Source: a virus
Taxonomy: Duplodnaviria; Caudoviricetes
IMG/VR virus record: IMGVR_UViG_3300037067_027649
Span: 14,964 to 78,963 of that record
Strand: one strand, 5' to 3'
DNA: 64,000 nt
Shown: positions 1 to 9,277 of the stretch, piece by piece
Layout of the letters: each line of letters begins with the position of its first letter
Position numbering within the stretch: position 1 is the stretch's first letter
Position numbers and translations under genes: made by a program
Notes under the pieces: model-generated
The model's input: the letters and a program-made list of their open reading frames with translations, nothing else
What the model was told of the DNA's origin: nothing
Databases searched by the model: none

Positions 1-636
1 ACTTTTATAGAATTACAAAATAATCCAATAAATAAACCATTTGATAGTTTTAAAAAACTTGAAGAATTATATGATTATATTCAATCATATACTGGTGATA
101 AAAAAGTAAATCAAATGTTAAAAGCATTACCATCAGGCACACGTTCATTTGCCGAAAAAAGTAAAGAATTGAAAGATTTATTAAAAATGAACATAAAATA
201 CACTAAAGCTATTGTAGATTTATATTCAAAAAAAGGTGGTAGATATAAAGAAATAAAAAAATTAATAAGTGATACTATTGATTATATTACAAATATAAGT
301 GGTGATTTTAATTTAGAAAATATGTTAGAAAAAATAAAAGATTATAATGTTGAAATTATTGAAGCTAATCCTGAAATTTTAATGATAAAAGTTAATGATT
401 ATAAAGCTGCTCATGATTTAGGTTCAATACATTGGTGTATAAGTACATCAAAATCAACATTTGAACAGTATGCAAATGCTTTTACTGTTCAATATTTTAT
501 TTATGATTTTACTAAAAAAATATCTGATATAAGTCATTTAATTGGTGCTACATTAAATCCAAATGGTGAAATAGCATATGCACATTATGCTGATGATTCT
601 AAAGTAGAAGATTTATCTATTTTTGATGAATTATAA
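1..636 (+). CDS. hypothetical protein, 5'-truncated at window edge
   Basis: Frame 1 is open from base 1 (TFIELQNNP...) into ORF 115..636; contains HWCIST..F..Y..QYFIYDF motif. Confidence 0.7.
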   Translation, partial: TFIELQNNPINKPFDSFKKLEELYDYIQSYTGDKKVNQMLKALPSGTRSFAEKSKELKDLLKMNIKYTKAIVDLYSKKGGRYKEIKKLISDTIDYITNISGDFNLENMLEKIKDYNVEIIEANPEILMIKVNDYKAAHDLGSIHWCISTSKSTFEQYANAFTVQYFIYDFTKKISDISHLIGATLNPNGEIAYAHYADDSKVEDLSIFDEL

Positions 637-646
637 AACTAATATT

Positions 647-1480
647 ATGAAAACTTTTAAACAATTTATATATGAAGGAAAACAAGTTGGATTATTATAT
701 CATTTTACTAATAATGAATCTTTAAATAAAATTTTAGATGAAAATAAAATGATTGGTTCTTTTATGTATGAAGAAAACGGTAAAGATATATATGGTGTTT
801 CTACAACAAGAAATAAAAATTTAAATTATGATTTTAAAAAAAATAATATACGAATTACTCTTGATGGTGATAAATTATCTAATAATTATAAAATTAAACC
901 AAAAGATTATTGGTATAGACAATATAACATTCCATTCAACCCACAAACAGTAGATGAAGATGAAGAAACTATATTAACACCAAAAGGATATATATATAAT
1001 ATTAAAAATTATATAATATCAATTGATAATATTAAAAATCAAAATTACATTAATGAAAATTCTAATAATGATAAAATAATATATCATTTTACTGAAAATA
1101 TAGATTCACTATTATCTATTTTAGATAGTAATTCGTTACAATCTGGTTCTTTTAATGGTAGATTTGGAAGAGGATATGAAAATATATCTTTTACTTGGAA
1201 TCCTAATTTATGGGATATTGAATATGTTGGAGATATTGAAGAAAGATATAAAATAAGAATATCTTTTGATTATACTAAAATGAGTAAAAAATGGGAATTT
1301 AAACCATTTGATTATGGAATACCAGAAGAACAAGAAGAAATTGTAGAAGAAGAAGAAATGTATGGAATTTTAGAATACATTACTGAAATTTTAATTAGTT
1401 CTAAAGAATCTAAAAAAGAAGTTCAAAATTTAAAAATTCGTTATCCAAAATTAAATATAAAAATAGTTAAAAGAAAATAA
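647..1480 (+). CDS. tandem DarT-like/ART-fold protein with capsid-targeting-like leader
   Basis: Probable start MKTFKQFIYE at 647; two repeats of YHFT..L..IL...(S/T)..N...RI..D..K.....KP....E.EE joined at YINE. Confidence 0.55.
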   Translation: MKTFKQFIYEGKQVGLLYHFTNNESLNKILDENKMIGSFMYEENGKDIYGVSTTRNKNLNYDFKKNNIRITLDGDKLSNNYKIKPKDYWYRQYNIPFNPQTVDEDEETILTPKGYIYNIKNYIISIDNIKNQNYINENSNNDKIIYHFTENIDSLLSILDSNSLQSGSFNGRFGRGYENISFTWNPNLWDIEYVGDIEERYKIRISFDYTKMSKKWEFKPFDYGIPEEQEEIVEEEEMYGILEYITEILISSKESKKEVQNLKIRYPKLNIKIVKRK

Positions 1481-1483
1481 TAA

Positions 1484-1666
1484 CTAATTTTCATTTACTT
1501 TAAATAGAACATCTATAATTAAATCAGTGTTAATTAAATATCCATCTTTATCAAAATAAAGTGGTTTACCATTTTCAGAAAAAGTATTAGTTTTTCTAAA
1601 TTTGTTATCACAATATTCTTTATATTTTATTTTTTGACAAAATGTCAATTCTTTATATTTATTCAT
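1484..1666 (-). CDS. hypothetical protein (probable start MNKYKELTF)
   Basis: The ORF-track extension to 1705 runs into the attC hairpin; ATG at 1666. Confidence 0.6.
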   Translation of the reverse strand: MNKYKELTFCQKIKYKEYCDNKFRKTNTFSENGKPLYFDKDGYLINTDLIIDVLFKVNEN

Positions 1667-1669
1667 TAT

Positions 1670-1762
1670 AATAAACGGCTGCGTGTATGAAACGTAGCCA
1701 CGCACAACACTTGATATAAACCACAGACCTTAATTGGCTATGTTTTATACACGATGTTAGCA
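1670..1762 (-). other. attC-like recombination site
   Basis: AAC...GTT-bounded ~90-nt imperfect palindrome; arms CGTGTATGAAACGTAGCCA (1682-1700) and TGGCTATGTTTTATACACG (1735-1753) give 17 WC plus 2 G.T pairs. Confidence 0.65.
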
Positions 1763-2398
1763 CCAGTACGGGTTATTTAGTGGAATTTTAAATTTGGAAT
1801 ATTTATATATAAAGATAAAACGATGAGTAAAGAAATACGACAAATGATAGACAAAGTGAAAAACTTTAAACAATTTGTGAATGAACAACAAGAAATTGAA
1901 ACCAATATAAATAATAATTTTAGAAAATGGTTTAGTGGTAGTAAAGTTGTTTATAATGGAAAACCATTACCTGTTTATCATGGTTCTCATTCTGATTTTG
2001 AAGAATTTATGGGTGATACATATTTCACAGATGATTATATGAATGCTGACGGATATGCTGGTGGTGAATATGTATATGAGGTTTTTATATCAATAAAAAA
2101 TCCACTAATTATTGATGCAAAAGATAGAAAATGGGATGATATTGAAACCGAAGATGGTGTAACATCAACACAAGGTATTGTTGGTATGGTAGATAGAAGT
2201 AAATATGATGGGGTTATTTTTATTAACGTTAAAGATAGTTGGATAGATGATGTTGACTATCAAGATGCTTCAACCATATATGTTACATTTAAACCTAACC
2301 AAATTAAATCTATTGATAATGATGGAACTTGGGATATAAATGATAATAACATATATTCATAATGCTTAATCGAAGCACTTCCGTAGTATTGGTGCTAA
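1676..2398 (-). mobile_element. integron-like gene cassette inserted at a GTT site
   Basis: Ends TGTTAGCACCAGTA (1755-1768) and TATTGGTGCTAACA (2387-2400) are 13/14 inverted complements; attC-like hairpin at one end; removal restores a TAATG gene overlap. Confidence 0.7.
1823..2362 (+). CDS. ART-PolyVal-like ADP-ribosyltransferase-fold protein
   Basis: WFSGSKVV..G.PL.VYHGS, YFTDD, ISIKNPL, YDG, FKPNQIKS; leader ...VKNFKQFVNE; paralog of 49508..50179. Confidence 0.65.
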   Translation: MSKEIRQMIDKVKNFKQFVNEQQEIETNINNNFRKWFSGSKVVYNGKPLPVYHGSHSDFEEFMGDTYFTDDYMNADGYAGGEYVYEVFISIKNPLIIDAKDRKWDDIETEDGVTSTQGIVGMVDRSKYDGVIFINVKDSWIDDVDYQDASTIYVTFKPNQIKSIDNDGTWDINDNNIYS

Positions 2399-2520
2399 CA
2401 ATTAAATAACCAAATAAAAAATTTACATAGATACACACCAATTGTAATTAAACCAACTACACTTAATAGTAATACAACAACCCAAAAATAATCGGAATCA
2501 GTGTTAATAAGTTTTTTCAT
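2395..2520 (-). CDS. 41-aa membrane protein, C-terminus clipped by cassette insertion
   Basis: MKKLINTDSDYFWVVVLLLSVVGLITIGVYLCKFFIWLFNC*; the TAG stop lies in the cassette end. Confidence 0.55.
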   Translation of the reverse strand: MKKLINTDSDYFWVVVLLLSVVGLITIGVYLCKFFIWLFNC

Positions 2521-2524
2521 AATT

Positions 2525-3040
2525 TTAAAATAAAGATGTATTTGTAGATTTAGAAAATCTATCAATAAGTTTTAAGATAATTTCATTATCTGAATTTATC
2601 ATTAATTCATTTTTATCATCATATTGAATATCAACATCTTTAATTTTATTTTCTATGATTGAAGATAAAATATTTTTATTGATTGTTGGTAAATTTTCAA
2701 TTTTTGGGTAAGCAGCAATTATTTTAAAACAATTATGTTTTATCATAAAATGTGTATTACATCTATCAGCTTCATCATCATCTTGACATTTCATAATTTC
2801 AAAATCATTACCTTTATCTGTAACGTCACTTAAATCATAAAGATAATAATCATCAGTTTTGATAATATCTTTTGATATTAAAATCATTTGATACGGTGTC
2901 CAATGAATATCATTACAACTTTCCATCATTTTGATGATATTTTCATCTAAAATTATTATAGTATCTGTTAATTTTGATTTACAGATATCACCAACTTCTA
3001 AGTTCTTTTTAATAGGAACAAAATATAAATGTTTTTCCAT
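2525..3040 (-). CDS. hypothetical protein
   Basis: 171-aa ORF in a tightly packed minus-strand operon. Confidence 0.7.
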   Translation of the reverse strand: MEKHLYFVPIKKNLEVGDICKSKLTDTIIILDENIIKMMESCNDIHWTPYQMILISKDIIKTDDYYLYDLSDVTDKGNDFEIMKCQDDDEADRCNTHFMIKHNCFKIIAAYPKIENLPTINKNILSSIIENKIKDVDIQYDDKNELMINSDNEIILKLIDRFSKSTNTSLF

Positions 3041-3041
3041 A

Positions 3042-3317
3042 TTATAAAATATTTTTTAATTTCATTCTTCTTTTTAAAGAAATATCATCAGTATCCCAAA
3101 ATTCACAAGGAATTTTTTCATCTAAGATTTTAAAACAATTTTTACTTATTTCACAATCATCATTATATCCAAATATTTCAGAACCACTATATGCATGATA
3201 TTTACATGAATGACATAATTTTAATTTAGGATTAAAATTACATATTTTTTCATGTTCTTTAATCTTTTCTTTAGTTCCAGTTTCACTACAAAAATCACAT
3301 TTCCAAACTAATTTCAT
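3042..3317 (-). CDS. small Cys-rich (Zn-finger-like) protein with C-terminal basic tag
   Basis: WKCDFC..HEKIC..NP..KLCHSC..C..C.FW; ends RRMKLKNIL. Confidence 0.65.
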   Translation of the reverse strand: MKLVWKCDFCSETGTKEKIKEHEKICNFNPKLKLCHSCKYHAYSGSEIFGYNDDCEISKNCFKILDEKIPCEFWDTDDISLKRRMKLKNIL

Positions 3318-3607
3318 TTATTTAAAATTTTATTAATTTTAAGTTTTCTTTCTAATTTATTATTTTGTGCTTCCCAAAATTTACAAGGTATATTATTATC
3401 CATTATTATACTTTTGATGAATTTAGATTTTGGACATGTAAAAAGAACTTCACAATTTTCATTTTCAGAATAATAATGATATTTACAAGTTGGACATAAT
3501 TTATTTTTCAAATTATATACACAACTATCTTCATGTTTAGCTACAATTCGTCTACTTTTATCACTAAAATTACAATATTTATATTTACATTTCCAAATTA
3601 TTTCCAT
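3314..3607 (-). CDS. paralog of 3042..3317
   Basis: Probable start MEIIWKCKYKYC at 3607 behind TATATTTG (3622-3629); ends ERKLKINKILNK. Confidence 0.65.
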   Translation of the reverse strand: MEIIWKCKYKYCNFSDKSRRIVAKHEDSCVYNLKNKLCPTCKYHYYSENENCEVLFTCPKSKFIKSIIMDNNIPCKFWEAQNNKLERKLKINKILNK

Positions 3608-3652
3608 ATAATTATAAAATACAAATATAATAATTTTTATTATAAAAAACAA

Positions 3653-4144
3653 TTAAATATCTTTATTTTCTTCTTTTTTCAAATGTGGAAATAGTTTATA
3701 AAATCTTTTCCAAGCTGTTTTTCTTTTTTTACTTGGATATCTTATACTATTATAATTATCATGACCACTACCACAATTTATATAAGTTTTATTATCTTGT
3801 CTTGGTGGTTTTGTCATAGTATTCATATGTTTATGCTTAACGTGTTGATCTAAATTATTATAAGTCCAATGATATTGTAAATCTATAACACTAACATTAG
3901 CTTTATCATATAACAAATAAACTTTTATTGAATCATCTAATTTTTTTCTTTCATTTTTTTGTCTTGTACTATAAGAAATCATCATATTTTTTAATGATGA
4001 TTTAAGTATGAAATTATTGGAACGTATTAATGATGTTAATACACCATATTCTTTATCGGTTAAAGATTTTAATAAATCTTCAACCTTTAATATAGTATCT
4101 TTATAATTTTCAAAATATTCCTTTACATCATCTTCACTGTGCAT
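3653..4144 (-). CDS. hypothetical phage protein
   Basis: 163-aa ORF; C-terminal IRYPSKKRKTAWKRFYKLFP. Confidence 0.7.
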   Translation of the reverse strand: MHSEDDVKEYFENYKDTILKVEDLLKSLTDKEYGVLTSLIRSNNFILKSSLKNMMISYSTRQKNERKKLDDSIKVYLLYDKANVSVIDLQYHWTYNNLDQHVKHKHMNTMTKPPRQDNKTYINCGSGHDNYNSIRYPSKKRKTAWKRFYKLFPHLKKEENKDI

Positions 4145-4424
4145 AAGGCTTCCATTCTTTATATTTAATTAATTCTTTTTCATCATCATTAAGAAGATAT
4201 TCAAGTACTTCAAGTACTGCTTTATCTTCTTTTTTCAAAAGTCCAGAATAATCCCATTTATCAGGATTTGCTATATATTCAAACCATTCATATAATTCAT
4301 CTGGTTTTTCTTTTTTATATTCAACACAAATTCTTGCTTGCTGCTGAATTTTACTTAACATATTACCTCTAATTTCAGCAAGAATTTTATATGTTTTTAA
4401 TTCAATATCTTTTGTTGTTTTCAT
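4134..4424 (-). CDS. hypothetical protein
   Basis: 96-aa ORF, operon-packed. Confidence 0.65.
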   Translation of the reverse strand: MKTTKDIELKTYKILAEIRGNMLSKIQQQARICVEYKKEKPDELYEWFEYIANPDKWDYSGLLKKEDKAVLEVLEYLLNDDEKELIKYKEWKPYAQ

Positions 4425-4426
4425 AT

Positions 4427-4627
4427 TTATTTATTAAAAAATTTTCCAGTTCCACCACATTTACTACAAGTGAAAGTTAAACTACTTCCACAATAACCAC
4501 GTTTACCAACATATGTTTTACCACTTCCATAACAATTAGGACATTTGTTATGAAATAACCCATAAAACCATTCATGTATAGTTTTAAAAAATGGTTTACC
4601 ATTAATATTTATTTCTATAAATGCCAT
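4427..4627 (-). CDS. mini protein with DnaJ-type CxxCxGxG zinc finger
   Basis: CPNCYGSGK and CSKCGGTGK. Confidence 0.7.
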   Translation of the reverse strand: MAFIEININGKPFFKTIHEWFYGLFHNKCPNCYGSGKTYVGKRGYCGSSLTFTCSKCGGTGKFFNK

Positions 4628-4631
4628 AATT

Positions 4632-5024
4632 TTATTTATAAATAGTTCCTATTTTAACTCGTTTATATGTTGGTACATCAATAAAATATGTTTCTTCTTT
4701 TGGTGTTATTATTTGTGCTATTGTATGATTTCTTCTTAATATTGCATCATAATAACTATCAATAATAATAGCTTTATAACCAACTGGCATATCTTCGCCA
4801 TCATCTAAAATAGAATCATGAACATAATCATACATATCATCACTTTTATTATTTTTAAAAAGTTCTTTATGTAAATTTCTTCTTTCTTCTGTTAGAATAT
4901 TTATTTTTTTAGATGCTAATCTATGTTCTTCTGATCTAACATCAGTTTCCGCAAATCTATTAAGAGCATCAGATGTTTGATTTTCAAAATCTTTAAATGT
5001 GTTTATTAATTCTTCTATATTCAT
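4632..5024 (-). CDS. hypothetical protein
   Basis: 130-aa ORF. Confidence 0.65.
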   Translation of the reverse strand: MNIEELINTFKDFENQTSDALNRFAETDVRSEEHRLASKKINILTEERRNLHKELFKNNKSDDMYDYVHDSILDDGEDMPVGYKAIIIDSYYDAILRRNHTIAQIITPKEETYFIDVPTYKRVKIGTIYK

Positions 5025-5037
5025 AAAAAATATTTTT

Positions 5038-5217
5038 TTATTTATAGTCAGGTAATAAAGATTTGTTGTTATCTTCTAATATTTTTCTCGCTATCTTTCT
5101 TGCATCATCAGCAAAATCACCTTTAATTTGTTTTCTACCTAAAGGTGTATCAACAACAGCCATTAAATTAATAATACAGTCCAATAGCTCCTGTTTTGAT
5201 TGTTTTATTTCATCCAT
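5038..5217 (-). CDS. 59-aa hypothetical protein (not in ORF track)
   Basis: MDEIKQSKQELLDCIINLMAVVDTPLGRKQIKGDF...; fills an operon gap exactly. Confidence 0.6.
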   Translation of the reverse strand: MDEIKQSKQELLDCIINLMAVVDTPLGRKQIKGDFADDARKIARKILEDNNKSLLPDYK

Positions 5218-5229
5218 GATTTATATTAT

Positions 5230-5739
5230 TTAATAATAAACTATTTCTAATTTTTCATTTAAATATCCAACAATTCTAATTGTTGAATCTCCATCATAAC
5301 CACCAGAATAATCATCAAATGTAATATCATAATTAATTTCAACAACAATATAATTTGTTGTTGGTATTATGTGATGCATTAAATCTTCTTCTGTATGTGG
5401 TGTGAATACCGATAAAATATGTTCAAAATTAAAATTTTTAAATAAATCATCACAGCCAGCATTATCAATTTCTTCTTTCAATAAACTATCTATGGTATCA
5501 AGATTAAAAATTAAAAATTTTTGAGGTTCATCTTTATATGAAAATCCCATATATTGTAAATAAAAATCTGATAATGTTGGACATTTATTATTTTTTTCAT
5601 TTAAAGTATATTTAGGTAAAAATTTAAAAATATTTTCAGGTATTTTTTGTTTTTCTCTTAATTTAAATAAATAATTATCAGTTATTTCATATAACTGAAC
5701 ACCTAATAAAGTTCTAACTGTATGATTGCCAGTTTCCAT
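5230..5739 (-). CDS. hypothetical protein
   Basis: 169-aa ORF. Confidence 0.7.
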   Translation of the reverse strand: METGNHTVRTLLGVQLYEITDNYLFKLREKQKIPENIFKFLPKYTLNEKNNKCPTLSDFYLQYMGFSYKDEPQKFLIFNLDTIDSLLKEEIDNAGCDDLFKNFNFEHILSVFTPHTEEDLMHHIIPTTNYIVVEINYDITFDDYSGGYDGDSTIRIVGYLNEKLEIVYY

Positions 5740-5740
5740 T

Positions 5741-5917
5741 TTATTTTTTATTTACATTTTTACACCACCAAATATACAATTCTTCTGTTGTATATTTCTT
5801 ATTATGAATATCATCTATAGTATAAAATAAATCATACCAATCGTTTTCAACTAAATCTTCTGGATTATTTTGAAATTTAACCCTTAACCATTCGGCAAAT
5901 TTTATAATATCATTCAT
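5741..5917 (-). CDS. 58-aa hypothetical protein (not in ORF track)
   Basis: MNDIIKFAEWLRVKF...; overlaps the DHFR stop and fills the gap. Confidence 0.55.
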   Translation of the reverse strand: MNDIIKFAEWLRVKFQNNPEDLVENDWYDLFYTIDDIHNKKYTTEELYIWWCKNVNKK

Positions 5918-6434
5918 ATTTTTTATAATAAATTATTTTGTAAGATATATTTGATATACTTCTTTGTATATCTGTTTCTCTTATTGAATCAAAATTTGAA
6001 AATATTTTTTCAATAGGAAATTTTCTATTACCATTTGGAAATTCTTTATATACCCAAGTAATAATAGCTTCATCACAATAATCAATTAAAAATTGATAAA
6101 TAGAAGAACCACCAGCAACATATATTTCATTTATATCAGTTAATTTTTCTAATATAGAAATATCGTTACAGAAATATAATTTATAATCACCATTATTTTC
6201 AATAATCAAATCATTTTCCTGATCTTTATTTAAAATTATATAATTTCTGTTTTCAAAAGCTTTTTTTGGTAAAGTTAAATAAGTAACATACCCAACTAAT
6301 AATGTATTATTTATAGTTGTATTTCGAAAATGTTTAAAATCTTCTGGTATTCTCCAAGGTATTTCGTTATCCACACCAATTGTACCATCAGTTGATACTG
6401 CAGCTATTGCTATGAGTTTTTTATTATATAACAT
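5910..6434 (-). CDS. folA: dihydrofolate reductase
   Basis: IAAV...IG.DNEIPWRIPEDFKHFR..T....LVG..T..LP....NR; IYVAGGSSIY. Confidence 0.93.
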   Translation of the reverse strand: MLYNKKLIAIAAVSTDGTIGVDNEIPWRIPEDFKHFRNTTINNTLLVGYVTYLTLPKKAFENRNYIILNKDQENDLIIENNGDYKLYFCNDISILEKLTDINEIYVAGGSSIYQFLIDYCDEAIITWVYKEFPNGNRKFPIEKIFSNFDSIRETDIQRSISNISYKIIYYKKYE

Positions 6435-6448
6435 ATATTTTAATTATT

Positions 6449-6661
6449 TTAATCCCATTCTTCTTTATCAGCTTGTGTTTGTGCCATGACAGCTATAATT
6501 TGACGTTCACGTTGTGTAAATTGTTCCCAATTATTTTGCCATTCATAAGGAACATAATTTCTCCAATCATGAACTTTATCTTTATTTTCAAATTCTGGTT
6601 TATCAATATTTATCATTGATAATTCTTCTGTATATTCTTTAAATAAATTCATATTATTCAA
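6449..6661 (-). CDS. small phage hypothetical protein
   Basis: VHDWRNYVP..W...W..FT..ERQIIA.MA...AD.EEWD. Confidence 0.7.
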   Translation of the reverse strand: MNNMNLFKEYTEELSMINIDKPEFENKDKVHDWRNYVPYEWQNNWEQFTQRERQIIAVMAQTQADKEEWD

Positions 6662-6905
6662 TTATTTTAAGTAAACAAATTTTTCTTTCTTCCCACGTAT
6701 ATATACCTTGTTGACAATCATCAATAAAATCGTGATCGCAATATTTTAAATTATTTATTTTATCAATTAAATATTGTATCATTTCATCAAAAAATTTTAA
6801 TGCTTCATCTTTACCTTTTTGAATTATATATTCACGTGTAGTTCTTTCGATATAGATATCATAAGTTTCAAACATAATGTTAATTTTTATTTTCAATATA
6901 TCCAA
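6654..6905 (-). CDS. hypothetical protein
   Basis: 83-aa ORF. Confidence 0.55.
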   Translation of the reverse strand: MDILKIKINIMFETYDIYIERTTREYIIQKGKDEALKFFDEMIQYLIDKINNLKYCDHDFIDDCQQGIYTWEERKICLLKIIE

Positions 6906-7122
6906 TATAGTTCAATAAAACTTCTTTTGTCCATTCAGGCGGTAAAGAATTTTCAAATATATTTAAGAATTCTTCAAGAATATCATTATTATTTACAATA
7001 ATATCACATATGAAAATTTGTTTATCAACTATTTTTTTCTTTTTTAAATATGATAAAAATAAAATTCTTTTATTTTCATCTTTAATTTTCTTTATTTCTT
7101 CTTTTAAATTATTCATCAACAT
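6880..7122 (-). CDS. hypothetical protein
   Basis: 80-aa ORF. Confidence 0.55.
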   Translation of the reverse strand: MLMNNLKEEIKKIKDENKRILFLSYLKKKKIVDKQIFICDIIVNNNDILEEFLNIFENSLPPEWTKEVLLNYIGYIENKN

Positions 7123-7423
7123 TACAATCTTTATATTTATTTAACATATATGTTTGAATAATATCTTCAATGATAAGTAAATCTTTTATATCAATTGTAA
7201 CAGTATCTTTTAATTGTTTTGTTTTATCTAAATATAAAAGCATAGAATTTCTTCCTACACTTTTACCAATTTCAATATTTTGTTCAGCTTTAGATTTTTC
7301 GTAATTAAGTCTTATGTTTGAATATTCTTTTACCAAAAGAATAATACATATAAAACAAAAAATAATAACCACCACAAAGGTTAATTTTAAAATTATTGCT
7401 TTTTTTGATGTTTTGTTATTCAT
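7109..7423 (-). CDS. single-pass membrane protein
   Basis: N-terminal hydrophobic helix. Confidence 0.6.
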   Translation of the reverse strand: MNNKTSKKAIILKLTFVVVIIFCFICIILLVKEYSNIRLNYEKSKAEQNIEIGKSVGRNSMLLYLDKTKQLKDTVTIDIKDLLIIEDIIQTYMLNKYKDCNVDE

Positions 7424-7478
7424 AATATTATTTTTTAAACTTGATGTAAATATAGTAAATATTATTTAAATAAAAAAA

Positions 7479-7757
7479 TTAATTAAACATTGTATCATCA
7501 ACCCAAATTGGTGTTTTTTCACCAACATAAGCACATTCTACATTATATGAAAAATATTCTTGTGCATCTTCTAAAGTAAGACCATCCCTTAACATGAGTA
7601 TTTTTATACACTGAGATACTGAATATACTAATTTTTCACCACAAACACCTATTATAGCATTTTCAAATCCATCTGCAGATAAATATTCAGTTTCATTATC
7701 TAAGAATGTTATTTTTTCAAGATTATTCATTAAAAATATTATTTTTATTGTGTTCAT
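7479..7757 (-). CDS. conserved phage hypothetical protein
   Basis: ADGFENAIIGV...LVYS...DA.EYF.YN...AYVGEKTPIWV; true start probably the second Met. Confidence 0.75.
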   Translation of the reverse strand: MNTIKIIFLMNNLEKITFLDNETEYLSADGFENAIIGVCGEKLVYSVSQCIKILMLRDGLTLEDAQEYFSYNVECAYVGEKTPIWVDDTMFN

Positions 7758-8253
7758 CTAAAAAATTTTTCAAATTATCTTCACCTAATTTATTCATAAA
7801 CATTTGATTAGAGTGTAACAATTCGTTAATTAAAAATGGATGAATAAAATCTACTAATTTTTCATTTTTTTGTACACCTGAAACATATTTATTAGCTATA
7901 ACAAAATCGTTTTTCCTTATATTAAAAATAATAAGATGTAAGAAATTATACTGACGATATAATTTTATATCTTTTAAATATTTTATTCTTTTATTTGCAT
8001 ATTTATTACTAATATGTAATGTTATATTTATATTTAAAAAAATAAATATAAGAAAGGAAAAAATTAGGTAGTTATTATTTTTAAATAAACCTATAAAGAA
8101 TAAAGAAGAAAATAAAATAGTTAAAAAAACTAAAATTGTTTTATAAATAATTGATTTTCTTTTATATTTTCTTTTAGTAATAAAATCCATAATATTAATT
8201 TTTAAATTATTTCTTTTTCTTCTTAAAGATTGTTGACGATTTTTTAGAATCAA
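7723..8253 (-). CDS. membrane protein
   Basis: Two hydrophobic segments; true start probably MDFITK. Confidence 0.6.
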   Translation of the reverse strand: MILKNRQQSLRRKRNNLKINIMDFITKRKYKRKSIIYKTILVFLTILFSSLFFIGLFKNNNYLIFSFLIFIFLNINITLHISNKYANKRIKYLKDIKLYRQYNFLHLIIFNIRKNDFVIANKYVSGVQKNEKLVDFIHPFLINELLHSNQMFMNKLGEDNLKNFLDEHNKNNIFNE

Positions 8254-8641
8254 TTTTTTTAGATTCAGTTTTTTTTGTTTCTACTTTTTTTGTAGGTTCA
8301 ATTTTAGATTCTTCTTTTTTAGATTCAATTTTAGGTTCATCAACTACATCTCTAACAATCTCTATAACATGCTTTGAATTTATAGTATTTTCACTTTTAT
8401 CAGAAAAAATTATATCAATATAACCATCAGAATTAACATTTGTTACTAATGGTGTTTCTTTTTCAAGTTTTGAAAAAACACTATTATATTTTTCTTCAAG
8501 TGCTGAAATTTGTTTTTTATAAAAATCATTATTTCTCATTCTAAATGGTATAGATTTATAAAATAATTTATAATTTAAATCTAATTCTTTTCTGAATGAT
8601 TCTAAATTAATTTTTATTTGTTGACCTTTTTTTATATTCAT
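8207..8641 (-). CDS. hypothetical protein with K/E-rich tail
   Basis: 144-aa ORF. Confidence 0.65.
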   Translation of the reverse strand: MNIKKGQQIKINLESFRKELDLNYKLFYKSIPFRMRNNDFYKKQISALEEKYNSVFSKLEKETPLVTNVNSDGYIDIIFSDKSENTINSKHVIEIVRDVVDEPKIESKKEESKIEPTKKVETKKTESKKIDSKKSSTIFKKKKK

Positions 8642-8695
8642 GATATTTTTATTTTATTTTTATAATTTTTAAAAATATTATTATCTATCATATTA

Positions 8696-9004
8696 TTAAA
8701 TATAATGTCTACGATAATATTCTAAATTTTGTTCAATGCTATCTGATAATACAAAAAGCATTTTCCTATTACTTTTTGGATTGTCAGTTTTACTTGGAAT
8801 TCTCCAATTACTATTAACAGCCCTTTCATATGCTAATTCTCTACCTTCTTTTCTATTAAATTTATCACCTTCATGCAAAAAAGAAACACCAAGTTTTATA
8901 GAATCACCATCTTTTATACCACAAAGAGTAAATCTACCACCAAAATATTTATTTCCAGCATAAACAATAAACAAATTCTTCGAGTTGTAATCAATTTTTT
9001 CCAT
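8696..9004 (-). CDS. phage hypothetical protein
   Basis: GVSF..EGDKFNRKEGRELAYERA. Confidence 0.7.
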   Translation of the reverse strand: MEKIDYNSKNLFIVYAGNKYFGGRFTLCGIKDGDSIKLGVSFLHEGDKFNRKEGRELAYERAVNSNWRIPSKTDNPKSNRKMLFVLSDSIEQNLEYYRRHYI

Positions 9005-9031
9005 AATTTTATTTTATTTTTTAATTTATTT

Positions 9032-9268
9032 TTAATACAATTTATTAAATTCATATTCATCATCTGGTTTAAATACATAAACCAAACCAACAGCAAAACA
9101 AATAAATTCTAATGTTATACATATTGAACTTACAATAAACATTAAATATAATACATATATATTTAATGTTATATTTTTATCTAATAAAAAATCTATACTA
9201 TTTAATATTAAAGAACAAAATAATACAATAAAAAATAAAATATAAGATTTTAGTTTATTACTTTCCAT
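9032..9268 (-). CDS. small membrane protein
   Basis: Two TM segments. Confidence 0.6.
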   Translation of the reverse strand: MESNKLKSYILFFIVLFCSLILNSIDFLLDKNITLNIYVLYLMFIVSSICITLEFICFAVGLVYVFKPDDEYEFNKLY

Positions 9269-9277
9269 AATATTGTT

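Noticed and set aside
1634-1648. TTGACA-AAA-TGTCAA palindrome like those at 44571 and 47961
   Set aside because: It lies inside coding sequence (ELTFCQ) and is likely coincidental.
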